Virus record (IMG/VR): IMGVR_UViG_3300042342_001286
Direction: 5' to 3' (one strand)
DNA: 64,000 bases
Source: a virus
Taxonomy: Duplodnaviria; Caudoviricetes
This document shows positions 7,802 through 17,972 of the stretch, one piece after another. Every line of letters begins with the position of its first letter. Within the stretch, counting starts at the first letter, position 1. The notes beneath the pieces were generated by a model, which made no database searches, was not told the origin of the DNA, and was given only the letters and a program-made list of their open reading frames with translations. The position numbers and the translations under genes were made by a program.

Positions 7802-10537
7802 ATGAAAATACTTGTACATACATGTTTTATTGGAGTAACAGGATATGCTAACCACGCAAAGTCCTTTTTTTGTGCTCTGAACAAATACCACACAGTAAAG
7901 GTTAGAAACTCCACTATAGGTGGGGGTTGGAAGGGTATGAATGATACCCCACACGATAATGAACCTTATATTACAGATGAGATGAAGGATATGTTAATTC
8001 TTCAAACTCTTAATAATTCGGATGGTAGTAGGTCGGATTACCCAATCTATGGATATGATGGTGGTTATAAACCTGACGTTCATATTGTTTTGGTTGATAC
8101 TAACAATCGTTATTTTTATGATGACTATGATGGTTATAAAATAGCTTATAATGTTTGGGAATCAACACGTTATCCCGATAATTTCTTTAAAAGATTACAT
8201 TACTTTGACGAGGTATGGGTTCCAACACAATGGCAATTTGATTGTTTGGTTGAACAGGGTTATCCATCACATAAAATATCAATAGTTCCTGAGGGAGTTG
8301 ATGTAGATACATTTAAACCGTTAACTAAGACATCAAAGAAGGACAAATTTAGGTTCTTACATTTTGGTAGATGGGATTATAGAAAGGGAACTACAGAGGT
8401 TTTAAGTGCGTTTAGTAAGACATTTAAAGATAGGGATGATGTGGAGTTAATTGCATCAGTTGAAAACCCTTATCCATTTGACGGACTTAAAACAACTGAA
8501 GATAGGGTTAAACATCACAATATAGACACAACGAACATTAAATTTATAAAATTCACACCACAGGAAGAATATGTAAAATATTTGCAAGAGGGTGATGTGT
8601 TTGTTACATGTGCACGTAGTGAAGGATGGAACTTACCGTTGATTGAAGCTATGGCTTGTGGAACACCGTCAATTTACTCAGATTGGGGAGGTCAATTACA
8701 GTTTGCGGAAGGTAAAGGTATTCCTGTAAAGATAGATGGATTAAGACCTGCTAATGTGGAACATAAAGATTTCCCTGGTGAATATTGTGAACCTGATTGG
8801 AATAATTTGGGAGAACAAATGTTAAGTGCATTTAACGAATATAAACGACATAAATCATTTGCTGTGGCTGAATCAAAAGAAATACATGAAGAGTTTAATT
8901 GGAGTACTGTTGCAAAGGGTGCTTCAGATATACTTGAAAATAAATTTGATGACTTTGCTTTCATCACAACTGGTAATATCGGATACATGCCGGTTATTGA
9001 AAAGTTAGTTCAATCATTATTAGAATTTTCTAAACGTAAGATTATAGTATATGGTATTGATTGTGAGGTTCCATTTGACTATCCAAATATTATCAAAAGA
9101 ACGATAACAACACCAAAGATATCTGAACACGATAAATGGTATTGGAAACAAATGGCATGTATTGAATCTATTAATGAAGGATTTGATAATTACGTTTGGA
9201 TGGATGGTGATGTTGTCGTAAACTACAACGTAGATAATATTAAATCTTATTTCAAAGAGATTGAGAACTATCCAATATCTGATGTACATGTTCAGGAAGA
9301 ATTCTTTGGTTGGTATGATGATGGAAAAAATTCACAACTATTCAACGAACAAGTTGCAAAAGAATGGGGAGTTCAAAAACAACAACCTTATATGCATGTT
9401 TGTATGTATGTCTATAATAAAGAATGTAAATGGTGGTTTGAAGAGATCCTTAATCATTATGTGGAAGTAATGAAAGATGGAGGTAAAGATTACAAACGAC
9501 TATACCTATGGAACGATGAGGGTATTGATAATGCAATGAGATGGAAATATAATTTTAAAAAACATTTACCACTATCTAATTTTGACACATCATCTTACGA
9601 CGGAGATGATGGAATGACAAATGAAACACAACATCATTTCTTAAAGTTTTGGAATGAAGAAGGACCACAAAACTTCAATAGAATATTTGGGTACCAAGCA
9701 ATACCAAAAGATAAGAATCAAATTCTTTATTTCCACGGTAATAAGAATGCACAGATGTCCGATTTTATGATGGACTTCATTAAGATGAAACGTGATAATA
9801 GTTTTTATAAATCAGAACAATTTTATACATCATTAGATGTTAATACATATAAGTTAGAGAACTTAGGTGACATCAAAGATGTTGAGGGTGGAACAATAGA
9901 AATTGCGGACAAATATGGATGGGCAAGAGCAATCTATCATGAGATATTCAATTTACATGATTATTATAAGGGTGGTAATGAAAGAAGAATAAATGAAGGT
10001 GATATTGTTGTTGACTTGGGAGGTAATATGGGTATCTTTAATAGATGGGCGTATAGTCAAGGTGCAAGTAAAGTAATTTCATTTGAACCAGATAGACGAT
10101 ATTTTAAATTACTGTCACTTAATGCTGACCCACGTTCAATATTATTTAATGCGGCTGCTGCACATGAAATTGGAGAATTGAATTTATATGAGAGTACTCA
10201 CTTAGGAGGATCAAATGTTTTTGGTATTGAAGGTCAGGAAGGATATAGTGTTAAAACATATACATTAAACTATCTTTTTGAAAGTGGTTTGGTGGATCAT
10301 ATTGATTTCCTTAAGGTCGATATTGAAGGAGCAGAACATGCAGCATTTGCGGGTATCAGTGATGAGAACTTACAAAAAGTTAAAACCATAGCAATGGAAT
10401 ATCATCATAGTCATTTTGATTTTGATGATGAATTAAGAACAAATTTTATAAATAAAATGAATGGATTAGGATTCAATTCATATCTATTATTTATGGGTAA
10501 TAATAACAGTTTACAAATGATATATTTTTGGAAATGA
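7802..10537 (+). CDS. GT4 glycosyltransferase / DxD-type transferase / FkbM methyltransferase fusion
   Basis: TGYANHA, GRWDYRKG, EGWNLPLIEAMACG (GT4); WMDGD; VDLGGNMG and LKVDIEGAE (FkbM). Confidence 0.85.
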   Translation: MKILVHTCFIGVTGYANHAKSFFCALNKYHTVKVRNSTIGGGWKGMNDTPHDNEPYITDEMKDMLILQTLNNSDGSRSDYPIYGYDGGYKPDVHIVLVDTNNRYFYDDYDGYKIAYNVWESTRYPDNFFKRLHYFDEVWVPTQWQFDCLVEQGYPSHKISIVPEGVDVDTFKPLTKTSKKDKFRFLHFGRWDYRKGTTEVLSAFSKTFKDRDDVELIASVENPYPFDGLKTTEDRVKHHNIDTTNIKFIKFTPQEEYVKYLQEGDVFVTCARSEGWNLPLIEAMACGTPSIYSDWGGQLQFAEGKGIPVKIDGLRPANVEHKDFPGEYCEPDWNNLGEQMLSAFNEYKRHKSFAVAESKEIHEEFNWSTVAKGASDILENKFDDFAFITTGNIGYMPVIEKLVQSLLEFSKRKIIVYGIDCEVPFDYPNIIKRTITTPKISEHDKWYWKQMACIESINEGFDNYVWMDGDVVVNYNVDNIKSYFKEIENYPISDVHVQEEFFGWYDDGKNSQLFNEQVAKEWGVQKQQPYMHVCMYVYNKECKWWFEEILNHYVEVMKDGGKDYKRLYLWNDEGIDNAMRWKYNFKKHLPLSNFDTSSYDGDDGMTNETQHHFLKFWNEEGPQNFNRIFGYQAIPKDKNQILYFHGNKNAQMSDFMMDFIKMKRDNSFYKSEQFYTSLDVNTYKLENLGDIKDVEGGTIEIADKYGWARAIYHEIFNLHDYYKGGNERRINEGDIVVDLGGNMGIFNRWAYSQGASKVISFEPDRRYFKLLSLNADPRSILFNAAAAHEIGELNLYESTHLGGSNVFGIEGQEGYSVKTYTLNYLFESGLVDHIDFLKVDIEGAEHAAFAGISDENLQKVKTIAMEYHHSHFDFDDELRTNFINKMNGLGFNSYLLFMGNNNSLQMIYFWK

Positions 10538-11196
10538 GTACATTAGATAATTTGGCTAAAGTATACGGAACTGATAAGTCTTCCGACAATCACAATTATT
10601 GTGTTAAATATGAAAAGTATTTACCATTTAACAGATATGATAAATTAAACATATTGGAGATTGGTGTCTTAGATGGTAAATCACTATTAACTTGGAAGGA
10701 TTATTATTATCGTTCTAATATTTTAGGTATTGACATCAATCCTGATTGTAAAAAATATGAGGAAGATAGAATTTTTGTTGAAATAGGTTCACAAGATGAT
10801 GATAAGTTTTTAAATCAAATTTCAAATGAATATGGTCCATTTGATTTTATATTAGATGACGGATCACATTTGAATGAACATGTTATTTATTCATTTAAAA
10901 CACTATTTCAATACGTTAAATCGGGTGGCATGTACATTGTTGAAGATGTTGCAACATCCTATTTCCCTTGGTACGGTGGAGGTTTAAATGACCCTAAGAG
11001 TATGATGGAATACTTCAAGAAATTAACGGATGATATTAACTTTAGAGGTGTTGAGAACTTAGATGATCAAGCCGCAGTATGGGATCGACGAGAAGATAAA
11101 CTAATACCATATTCAAATAAAGTACAACCTGATTGTAGAACTGATATAGAATCAATAACCTTCCTTAATGGAATAATTTTAATAAGAAAAAGATAA
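10534..11196 (+). CDS. class I SAM-dependent (sugar O-)methyltransferase
   Basis: YGTDK, LEIGVLDG, GIDI, LDDGSH, YIVED. Confidence 0.8.
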   Translation: MSTLDNLAKVYGTDKSSDNHNYCVKYEKYLPFNRYDKLNILEIGVLDGKSLLTWKDYYYRSNILGIDINPDCKKYEEDRIFVEIGSQDDDKFLNQISNEYGPFDFILDDGSHLNEHVIYSFKTLFQYVKSGGMYIVEDVATSYFPWYGGGLNDPKSMMEYFKKLTDDINFRGVENLDDQAAVWDRREDKLIPYSNKVQPDCRTDIESITFLNGIILIRKR

Positions 11197-13325
11197 TGGG
11201 ATATACACAATTTAATGATGATGTTTTTGTAGTTGACTGCTGGCCTGATAATAAAGATAAAGAAAATGTTTTAAAGAAATTACTTATAAGTTTAAAGGTT
11301 TATAACTGTCCCATTATATTATGTGGACATTATGCAGTTTCACCTGAGATACAAGTGTTAGCAGATTACTATCTATATGATGGTAATAACGACATATTAT
11401 TAGAAAAGGATTTTGCTGAGTATGGTATTAATAGTGATAGATGGACCGATATGGGTTCATATAAGATAACTAATAAAATAGATTTTCATCACGACTATGC
11501 AATTTGGTTGACAATGAAAAATGCTTTCAATCTTGTTAAACAATTAGGTAAACAATATATTCATTTCTTAGAGTATGATAACTTACCAGATGAAATTCAG
11601 TATCGTCAAGCATTTATGGAATATATTAGAAGTAATGATGCCGTGGTTTACGAGTATTCAGAAGGATCAACAAAAGAAAGTAATCCATATAGTTCAGCTT
11701 ATATCTTTTCAATTAAGACCGATGTTGCGTTAAAGATGATTAGTCTTATTAATAGTAAAGAAGAATACTTCAAGGGTAAACCCGATAGATGGCAATTAGA
11801 AAAACAATTATACCAATCAATTAAGAAGGTTACCAATAGTATATTTGTTAGTAAGTATATCCCTAATGATAATGAACTTAATATGTTTGCGGTATGGAAC
11901 AGAAATGGTATATTAAAAAATGGTGCACGTTTACAAACTTATTTAGGTGTTGATGATGCGGGACAATTGTTTATTCATTTTATATCCGGATTTTCAGAAC
12001 AACCAGCCGATAAGGATTATTTAATTGAAGTTAACTATGGAACATATAAAAAATTCCATACAGTTAAAAAGGGTGAATACAAATTAGAAAGACTCGGTGA
12101 ATATAAACAAAATGAAGTAGTTGAAGTACGTCATCAAGGATTGGAAATATTCACACAGGAACTTAAAGATGAAATGAATGAGTTTAGAAGAAAGAATAAA
12201 CTATCAAGAAATAATGTTAACACAAATAGAAGAACTAACATACATTTTGTTGATGGTCCATTTGTTGAGGTATTAGAAGAAGGTGATTATCTTTATAATG
12301 TTAAATTTATAGATAAGAAAAATGGTAAATTAGAATTTGAGTTTAATTTAAAGAGTAATCATTGGGTTAGGTCGTCTAAAAAATACTATGTAGATTGGTT
12401 AATTAAAATTAAAGGCGTTGATAATAATTTCTACCAAGAGTATAATTTTGATTTAACGGATAAAAGAGTAATGATATGTTTTGAATCTAAATCATTAGGA
12501 GATAGTTTGGCTTGGATACCATATGTTGAGAAATTTAGAACAGATAATAAATGTAAAGTAATTTGTTCATCATTCAATAACGATCTATTCAAAGATCAGT
12601 ATCCCGATATTGAGTTCGTTTTACCTGGATCAAATGTAAATAATATACATGCGTTGTATCGTTTAGGTTTATTTTATACCAATGATCGTAAAATTGATAA
12701 CACAAAACATTACAACGATCCTAAAAGGGAACCATTAATGAAAGTGGCGTCCGACATTCTTGGATTAGATTATTTGGAACTTAAACCTAAATTAAAGAAA
12801 TTAGGTAAGAAGAAGAAAAAATTGGTTTCAATTGCTATTCATTCAACAGCTCAATGTAAATATTGGAATAACCCGACTGGTTGGCAGGAGGTGGTAGATT
12901 ATCTTAAAGCTAAGAATTATGAAGTTAGACTCTTATCTCGTGAGGAAGATGGTTACATGGGTAACAAACATCCTAAAGGAATTACGGTACAACCTAAGAG
13001 TAAACTGACCGATATCATAAAAGTTTTACAAGAGTCTGAATTATTTATAGGTATAAGCAGTGGATTAAGTTGGTTATCTTGGGCGTCAGGAACCCCTACA
13101 GTAATTATTTCAGGTTTTACTGACGTAGATTTAGAACCATTAGACGGTGTAACAAGGGTAATCAATAAAAATGTATGTAATAGTTGTTGGTCTAACCATG
13201 AATTTGATCCAGGTAATTGGAATTGGTGTCCCATTCATGAGAAGACAGAAAATCAGTTTGAATGTTCAAAAACTATCACAGGAGGAGAAGTTATAGAAAA
13301 ACTCGAAAAACTTCTACCAATTTAA
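11196..13325 (+). CDS. Aah/TibC-like autotransporter O-heptosyltransferase (GT9-like) with extra N-terminal domain
   Basis: SLGDSLAWIPY, KYWNNPTGW, FIGISSGLSWLSW and four C-terminal Cys (CNSC, WCP, FEC) like the TibC iron site. Confidence 0.8.
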   Translation: MGYTQFNDDVFVVDCWPDNKDKENVLKKLLISLKVYNCPIILCGHYAVSPEIQVLADYYLYDGNNDILLEKDFAEYGINSDRWTDMGSYKITNKIDFHHDYAIWLTMKNAFNLVKQLGKQYIHFLEYDNLPDEIQYRQAFMEYIRSNDAVVYEYSEGSTKESNPYSSAYIFSIKTDVALKMISLINSKEEYFKGKPDRWQLEKQLYQSIKKVTNSIFVSKYIPNDNELNMFAVWNRNGILKNGARLQTYLGVDDAGQLFIHFISGFSEQPADKDYLIEVNYGTYKKFHTVKKGEYKLERLGEYKQNEVVEVRHQGLEIFTQELKDEMNEFRRKNKLSRNNVNTNRRTNIHFVDGPFVEVLEEGDYLYNVKFIDKKNGKLEFEFNLKSNHWVRSSKKYYVDWLIKIKGVDNNFYQEYNFDLTDKRVMICFESKSLGDSLAWIPYVEKFRTDNKCKVICSSFNNDLFKDQYPDIEFVLPGSNVNNIHALYRLGLFYTNDRKIDNTKHYNDPKREPLMKVASDILGLDYLELKPKLKKLGKKKKKLVSIAIHSTAQCKYWNNPTGWQEVVDYLKAKNYEVRLLSREEDGYMGNKHPKGITVQPKSKLTDIIKVLQESELFIGISSGLSWLSWASGTPTVIISGFTDVDLEPLDGVTRVINKNVCNSCWSNHEFDPGNWNWCPIHEKTENQFECSKTITGGEVIEKLEKLLPI

Positions 13326-13385
13326 ACATATTTTTTATACAATTTGAAAGTTCAAAGTATTTATAAGGGTATAACAATATAACCT

Positions 13386-14843
13386 ATGAAAATATTTGAC
13401 GCAAATGTCTCTGGATCACTAAATGTATCGGGCTCGGCTCGTTTTTTTGGAGATCTTACCGTAGACGGAACAATAAATGCAACCATTAGTGGTACAACAT
13501 CAAACGCTTCGGCCCTAAACACAACAGGTTCCGCTCGTTTTGCAACCACAGGTAGTAACACATTTAACGCTAACCAAACAATTAGTGGATCAATAATCCC
13601 TGCCGTTACTAATACTTACGATTTGGGTGACCCAACACATTGGTGGAAGGACATCTACGTATCAACAGGATCTATCTTTATTGGTGGAATTAAAGCTATC
13701 AGTACAAACTCTGATGGTACAATACAAGTAGGTGCTCAAGTTGTACAAACTTCAGCAAGTTTGGCCGCAGTAGGTCTTGCACTTCCTCCAACAGGTTCTA
13801 TAGGAACAAGTCAAAGTACGATAGTAGGTAGTCAAAATATTACAGGTAGTCAATCTATCACAGGTAGTTTGGCTGTTAGTGGTAGTATGGTTGTGACTGG
13901 TTCATTATTCATTAATGGAACATCATATACTGCCGCTTCATCAGGAACTTCAGGTTCTTCTGGTTCTAGTGGATCTAACGGTTCATCAGGAACTTCAGGT
14001 TCTTCAGGATCTAACGGTTCTTCAGGTTCTTCAGGAACATCAGGATCTAGTGGATCTAACGGTTCTTCAGGAACTTCAGGTTCTTCAGGATCTAACGGTT
14101 CTTCAGGTTCTTCAGGAACATCAGGATCTAGTGGATCTAACGGTTCTTCAGGAACTTCAGGTTCTTCAGGATCTAGTGGATCTTCAGGAACTTCAGGTTC
14201 TAGTGGATCTAACGGTTCTTCAGGTTCTAGTGGATCTAACGGTTCTTCAGGAACATCAGGATCTAGTGGTTCTTCAGGAACATCAGGTTCTTCAGGAGCT
14301 AACGGTTCTTCAGGAACTTCAGGTTCTTCAGGATCTAACGGTTCTTCAGGTTCTTCTGGTACAACAACAATTACAAACGCAAGTGATGACCGTGTAATGA
14401 CAAGTGCGGGTGGAGTTACCCTAAATAGTGAAGCAAATTTAACATTTAACGGAACAACACTATATGTGGCAGGAGCGTTAGGTGTGGGTACATCAACACC
14501 AACAACCACAGGTTTAATTAGAGCAACAAATGACGTTATTGCATTCTACGGTTCTGATGAAAGACTAAAAGAAAACATCACACCAATTGAAAATTCTTTA
14601 GATATCTTAAAACAAATAAATGGTTATTACTTCGATTGGAAGGAAATGCCAGGTGTTCATGAGAACGAAGGTCACGATATAGGGGTTATTGCACAAGAAA
14701 TTGACGCAGTTTTACCTGAAATTGTAACAACAAGAGACAACGGTTATATGGCTGTTAAATACGAAAAATTAGTTGCATTGTTAATTCAAACAAACAAAGA
14801 ATTATTAAATCGTGTTGAAGCTTTAGAAGCGAAAATAAAATAA
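13386..14843 (+). CDS. tail fibre/spike protein with Ser/Gly repeat and C-terminal peptidase S74 (intramolecular chaperone) domain
   Basis: YDLGDPTHWWKDIY fibre motif; GSDERLKENI, GVIAQEI, VKYEKLVALLI and coiled-coil end. Confidence 0.85.
   Translation: MKIFDANVSGSLNVSGSARFFGDLTVDGTINATISGTTSNASALNTTGSARFATTGSNTFNANQTISGSIIPAVTNTYDLGDPTHWWKDIYVSTGSIFIGGIKAISTNSDGTIQVGAQVVQTSASLAAVGLALPPTGSIGTSQSTIVGSQNITGSQSITGSLAVSGSMVVTGSLFINGTSYTAASSGTSGSSGSSGSNGSSGTSGSSGSNGSSGSSGTSGSSGSNGSSGTSGSSGSNGSSGSSGTSGSSGSNGSSGTSGSSGSSGSSGTSGSSGSNGSSGSSGSNGSSGTSGSSGSSGTSGSSGANGSSGTSGSSGSNGSSGSSGTTTITNASDDRVMTSAGGVTLNSEANLTFNGTTLYVAGALGVGTSTPTTTGLIRATNDVIAFYGSDERLKENITPIENSLDILKQINGYYFDWKEMPGVHENEGHDIGVIAQEIDAVLPEIVTTRDNGYMAVKYEKLVALLIQTNKELLNRVEALEAKIK
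13938..14360 (+). repeat. 47 tandem 9-nt units encoding SSG/TSG/SNG/ANG
   Basis: Counted from the translation; Gly every third residue; contains a near-identical 81-nt direct duplication. Confidence 0.95.
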
Positions 14844-14855
14844 TTACATTAAACA

Positions 14856-14890
14856 ATACTCACTATATTCTAAAAAAGTATAGTGAGTAT
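14856..14890. terminator. perfect 12-bp inverted repeat (ATACTCACTATA/TATAGTGAGTAT), terminator or regulatory hairpin
   Basis: Directly after the tail fibre stop; 11-nt loop; right arm overlaps a TATTTATA motif. Confidence 0.6.
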
Positions 14891-14924
14891 TTATAACAAA
14901 GAACTTAGTTAAAAGAAATATATC

Positions 14925-15143
14925 ATGGGTACAGTACCAGCAACGGGAACCGAAGTAAGTATGGGAAGAATTAGTGTAGTTTTAGGATTAGCAGCAACAT
15001 CCGGTGAAGTACAAGTAGGTCTAAATTCAACTTTAGGTGTTGGTCGTAATAGGTCATATTCAGGAATTGCTAGTATCCCAAGTGGATCTGAAAGTGCTGA
15101 AGGAGCATCTTTCGGTGGTTTATCAGGTTCAGGTACATATTAA
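14925..15143 (+). CDS. small Gly/Ser/Thr-rich putative virion protein
   Basis: Follows the S74 fibre; preceded by TATTTATA. Confidence 0.55.
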   Translation: MGTVPATGTEVSMGRISVVLGLAATSGEVQVGLNSTLGVGRNRSYSGIASIPSGSESAEGASFGGLSGSGTY

Positions 15144-15180
15144 TTTTACATTTTCACCTTTTTTTATTATATTATAATGT

Positions 15181-15624
15181 ATGGATTTACGTTATAAGTG
15201 TCACCCCTCAAAATACGAATTACAGTACGTTAAATGGAACGGAATTAACTTTGATAGAGAAAGACTCATCAAGTTTGTTAAACGTCTCAAATTAACGTAT
15301 TTTTTATCTTTTATACCCTATTACAGAAGGGAACATCAAATACTTACGGAGATATTAAACACGTACGATAAAGTTCGTATTGAAGGTTTATTATGTGGGG
15401 ATGAGAACATATTAAGAATGTGTTTTATTGAGAAATGGGCAAGGATTGGTGCTGTGGATATCTTACTAACAAATACATATTCAAGATTAACATATACAAC
15501 GATTAGTAATCTCCCAATTAAAGACTTTCAACTTATATCTAAAAGGGTTGAAGAAATGGTTGAAGCGGGTAGAAACATAACATATCAAAATAACACCATA
15601 ACAGACAACATACCGGGATTATGA
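15181..15624 (+). CDS. hypothetical protein
   Basis: 147-aa ORF overlapping the next GT gene (ATGA). Confidence 0.6.
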   Translation: MDLRYKCHPSKYELQYVKWNGINFDRERLIKFVKRLKLTYFLSFIPYYRREHQILTEILNTYDKVRIEGLLCGDENILRMCFIEKWARIGAVDILLTNTYSRLTYTTISNLPIKDFQLISKRVEEMVEAGRNITYQNNTITDNIPGL

Positions 15625-16256
15625 GTAAATCAATCAATAATAGCTCAATGTGGGAGGTAAAACCACTTAAGTTATCAATATTAGTCCCAACGAGGGATAC
15701 TGTTCATAGTCAGTTCTCTTATTGTATAACTCAATTATTTAATACAACAAGAGAGGCAGGTATAGATGCTTATTTATTCTACGATTCAAGTACAATATTA
15801 TTAAATCAAAGAAACAATCTTATTAAGAAAGCAAAGGAAGTAAATTCAGATTATGTCCTTTGGTTAGATAGTGATATGATGTTCCCACCAACCACAGCAT
15901 TACGTCTTTTAGAACACAATAAGGACATTGTGGCATGTAATTATATGAGACGTTCAAAACCTCTTAAAACGGTTGCATACACCGATTTAAATGATTGGAA
16001 TAGTTGGTTACCAATGGAAATACAGGAAGACCTCGTTAAAGTGGAGGGAGTAGGTATGGGATGTATGTTAATGAAATTAGATATGTTCGATAAATTAGAA
16101 AAACCATACTTTGAATTTAGATATAAAGAAGACACCGAAGATTACTTCGGTGAAGACTTTATTTTATTAGGTAAGTTAAGAGAGTTGGGTTATGAAGTGT
16201 TTATTGATACATACTTAAGTATGATGGTTAAACACGTCGGCAATTACGCCTTTTGA
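15621..16256 (+). CDS. GT-A fold (GT2-like) glycosyltransferase
   Basis: ILVPTR, WLDSDM, GVGMGCML, GEDF. Confidence 0.75.
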   Translation: MSKSINNSSMWEVKPLKLSILVPTRDTVHSQFSYCITQLFNTTREAGIDAYLFYDSSTILLNQRNNLIKKAKEVNSDYVLWLDSDMMFPPTTALRLLEHNKDIVACNYMRRSKPLKTVAYTDLNDWNSWLPMEIQEDLVKVEGVGMGCMLMKLDMFDKLEKPYFEFRYKEDTEDYFGEDFILLGKLRELGYEVFIDTYLSMMVKHVGNYAF

Positions 16257-17356
16257 TCCTTATCTATTATCAACACTGTTATATTACCATTTTCATAAAC
16301 ACCAGGTCCGTAATCATCAAGAGATACTCTCAATGCGTTGACCATGTTAAAATCATCCTGATTAAAGTTATCGGTAACAAATACTTTTATATCAACATCA
16401 TTAACATCTTCAAATTTCTTAGTTAAATTGTAACGAGTAGATCCTTGTTCCTTTTCAACATATTCCGTTGGGAACTCATCAATCTCAATCTTATCAAAGA
16501 ATGGTTCCAATAATTCAATATGTTTGGTACTACTTAATTTAACACCAACAATTTTCTTAACGTATGTAAAGTTATCTGTTGTTTGATAATCCATTGCATT
16601 GAACATTGGAATACTAATACCCCATTTTCTAATAAAGTTTCTAATGGAATGAGCTTCAATTGCTCCACGTACATCTTTCATTTCATCACTGAATCTTGAT
16701 GTCTGCGAAACAAAATGATAGGTAATTGCAGAATCACAAGTTTTTAATTCGTACCCTTTTAGTTTCGCACGGATTAAAAAGTCATCATCTTCACAAAAAC
16801 ATGGAACAAAACTAAATCCGTCAAAACCACCTAAGTCAATAAATGTTTTCTTATATGCCGACATAAAGAAGACCGCACCATCGTGTAGTGTATCAGTATC
16901 TTTCCATTTTTGAATGTAATTATTAAAATTAGTTTGATCAAAGTTATCAAACCCACTACCCAAATCTAACAATACTTTACCAGGTCTTGAATGACCTTTA
17001 AAAATAGGAGGTTCAATTGTTGTGTAGGATAAGATCATATTTTCAGTTAATAGTCTTTCTATTGCCTCTAAGAAACCTTCACCAATAACCATATCGTTAT
17101 GGATAAGAACAATTTTTTCAGTATCAACAAGGTCAATACCTGCGTTATATGTTTCTGAGAATGTCAAACGATCATCATCATGAAAGAAAGATAGGTTTTC
17201 ATCTTCTAACGATTCTAACCATTCTTTGGTTCCATCACTTGATCCACCACTACTAATAACTAATGGTGCGTTGGGATATAACTGACGTAATCTTTTATAA
17301 CATTCTGTTGTTAAATCTAATTTATTGTAAACCGCTAGCACTAAACTTATTTTCAT
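16244..17356 (-). CDS. GT2 glycosyltransferase
   Basis: LVLAVYN, GGSSDGT, HNDM, FCEDDDF. Confidence 0.85.
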   Translation of the reverse strand: MKISLVLAVYNKLDLTTECYKRLRQLYPNAPLVISSGGSSDGTKEWLESLEDENLSFFHDDDRLTFSETYNAGIDLVDTEKIVLIHNDMVIGEGFLEAIERLLTENMILSYTTIEPPIFKGHSRPGKVLLDLGSGFDNFDQTNFNNYIQKWKDTDTLHDGAVFFMSAYKKTFIDLGGFDGFSFVPCFCEDDDFLIRAKLKGYELKTCDSAITYHFVSQTSRFSDEMKDVRGAIEAHSIRNFIRKWGISIPMFNAMDYQTTDNFTYVKKIVGVKLSSTKHIELLEPFFDKIEIDEFPTEYVEKEQGSTRYNLTKKFEDVNDVDIKVFVTDNFNQDDFNMVNALRVSLDDYGPGVYENGNITVLIIDKDQKA

Positions 17357-17357
17357 A

Positions 17358-17972
17358 TTATGTTTTTATAAAATTTTCTCTATGTCTTCTGTAATATAAA
17401 AGACCTTCTTTAACCCATTCCATTTTTGCACCGCGATTTTTCATTTCTCTAAAAAGATATAAATCTTCTTCTGAATGTTTACCACCGGTTCCCTTGTAAC
17501 CAATTGATTGTGCTAATTTTGTTTTATATAACATTGAGCCATGATGATGTTTATGTCTAGTCCAATATAAATCCCCTTGATATGATGTCATTTCATTCCC
17601 GTGTCTATCATGTAAACCTTTTTTTGAATCGCCGGTAACTACTATATCATAAACAACAACATCAGCATCAATTTTGTCTAATATTTCTAAAGTATCTGCC
17701 CTTAACCAATTATCTGCACCTAAAAACATACATTTATCGGTTGTCACTCTCATCAACATATCCTGAAAATTTGCAACAGTACCCATGTTTTTTTCCCTCA
17801 ACACATATTCAACTTCAGGATATATTTTTGGTAGGTGACCACAATCACCAACACCGTCATCTACAAATAAAATCTTATCAGGTTTTCTCGATTGACATAA
17901 AACACTTTCAATACAATGTGCGGCTAAATGTCCATATTGATATGAAGCAATCACAACTGTTATAGTACTCAT
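17358..17972 (-). CDS. GT2 glycosyltransferase
   Basis: VVIASY, FVDDG, LGADN, EEDL, YYRRH. Confidence 0.85.
   Translation of the reverse strand: MSTITVVIASYQYGHLAAHCIESVLCQSRKPDKILFVDDGVGDCGHLPKIYPEVEYVLREKNMGTVANFQDMLMRVTTDKCMFLGADNWLRADTLEILDKIDADVVVYDIVVTGDSKKGLHDRHGNEMTSYQGDLYWTRHKHHHGSMLYKTKLAQSIGYKGTGGKHSEEDLYLFREMKNRGAKMEWVKEGLLYYRRHRENFIKT

Noticed and set aside
13938-14360. Possible CRISPR array
   Set aside because: Contiguous in-frame 9-nt coding units with no unique spacers and no cas genes.
13850-14509. Long PEEP-rich minus-strand ORF and the LQVLQ alternative-frame ORF (13915-14397)
   Set aside because: Shadows of the 9-nt SSG repeat, whose other frames happen to lack stops; the plus frame carries recognisable fibre and S74 domains.
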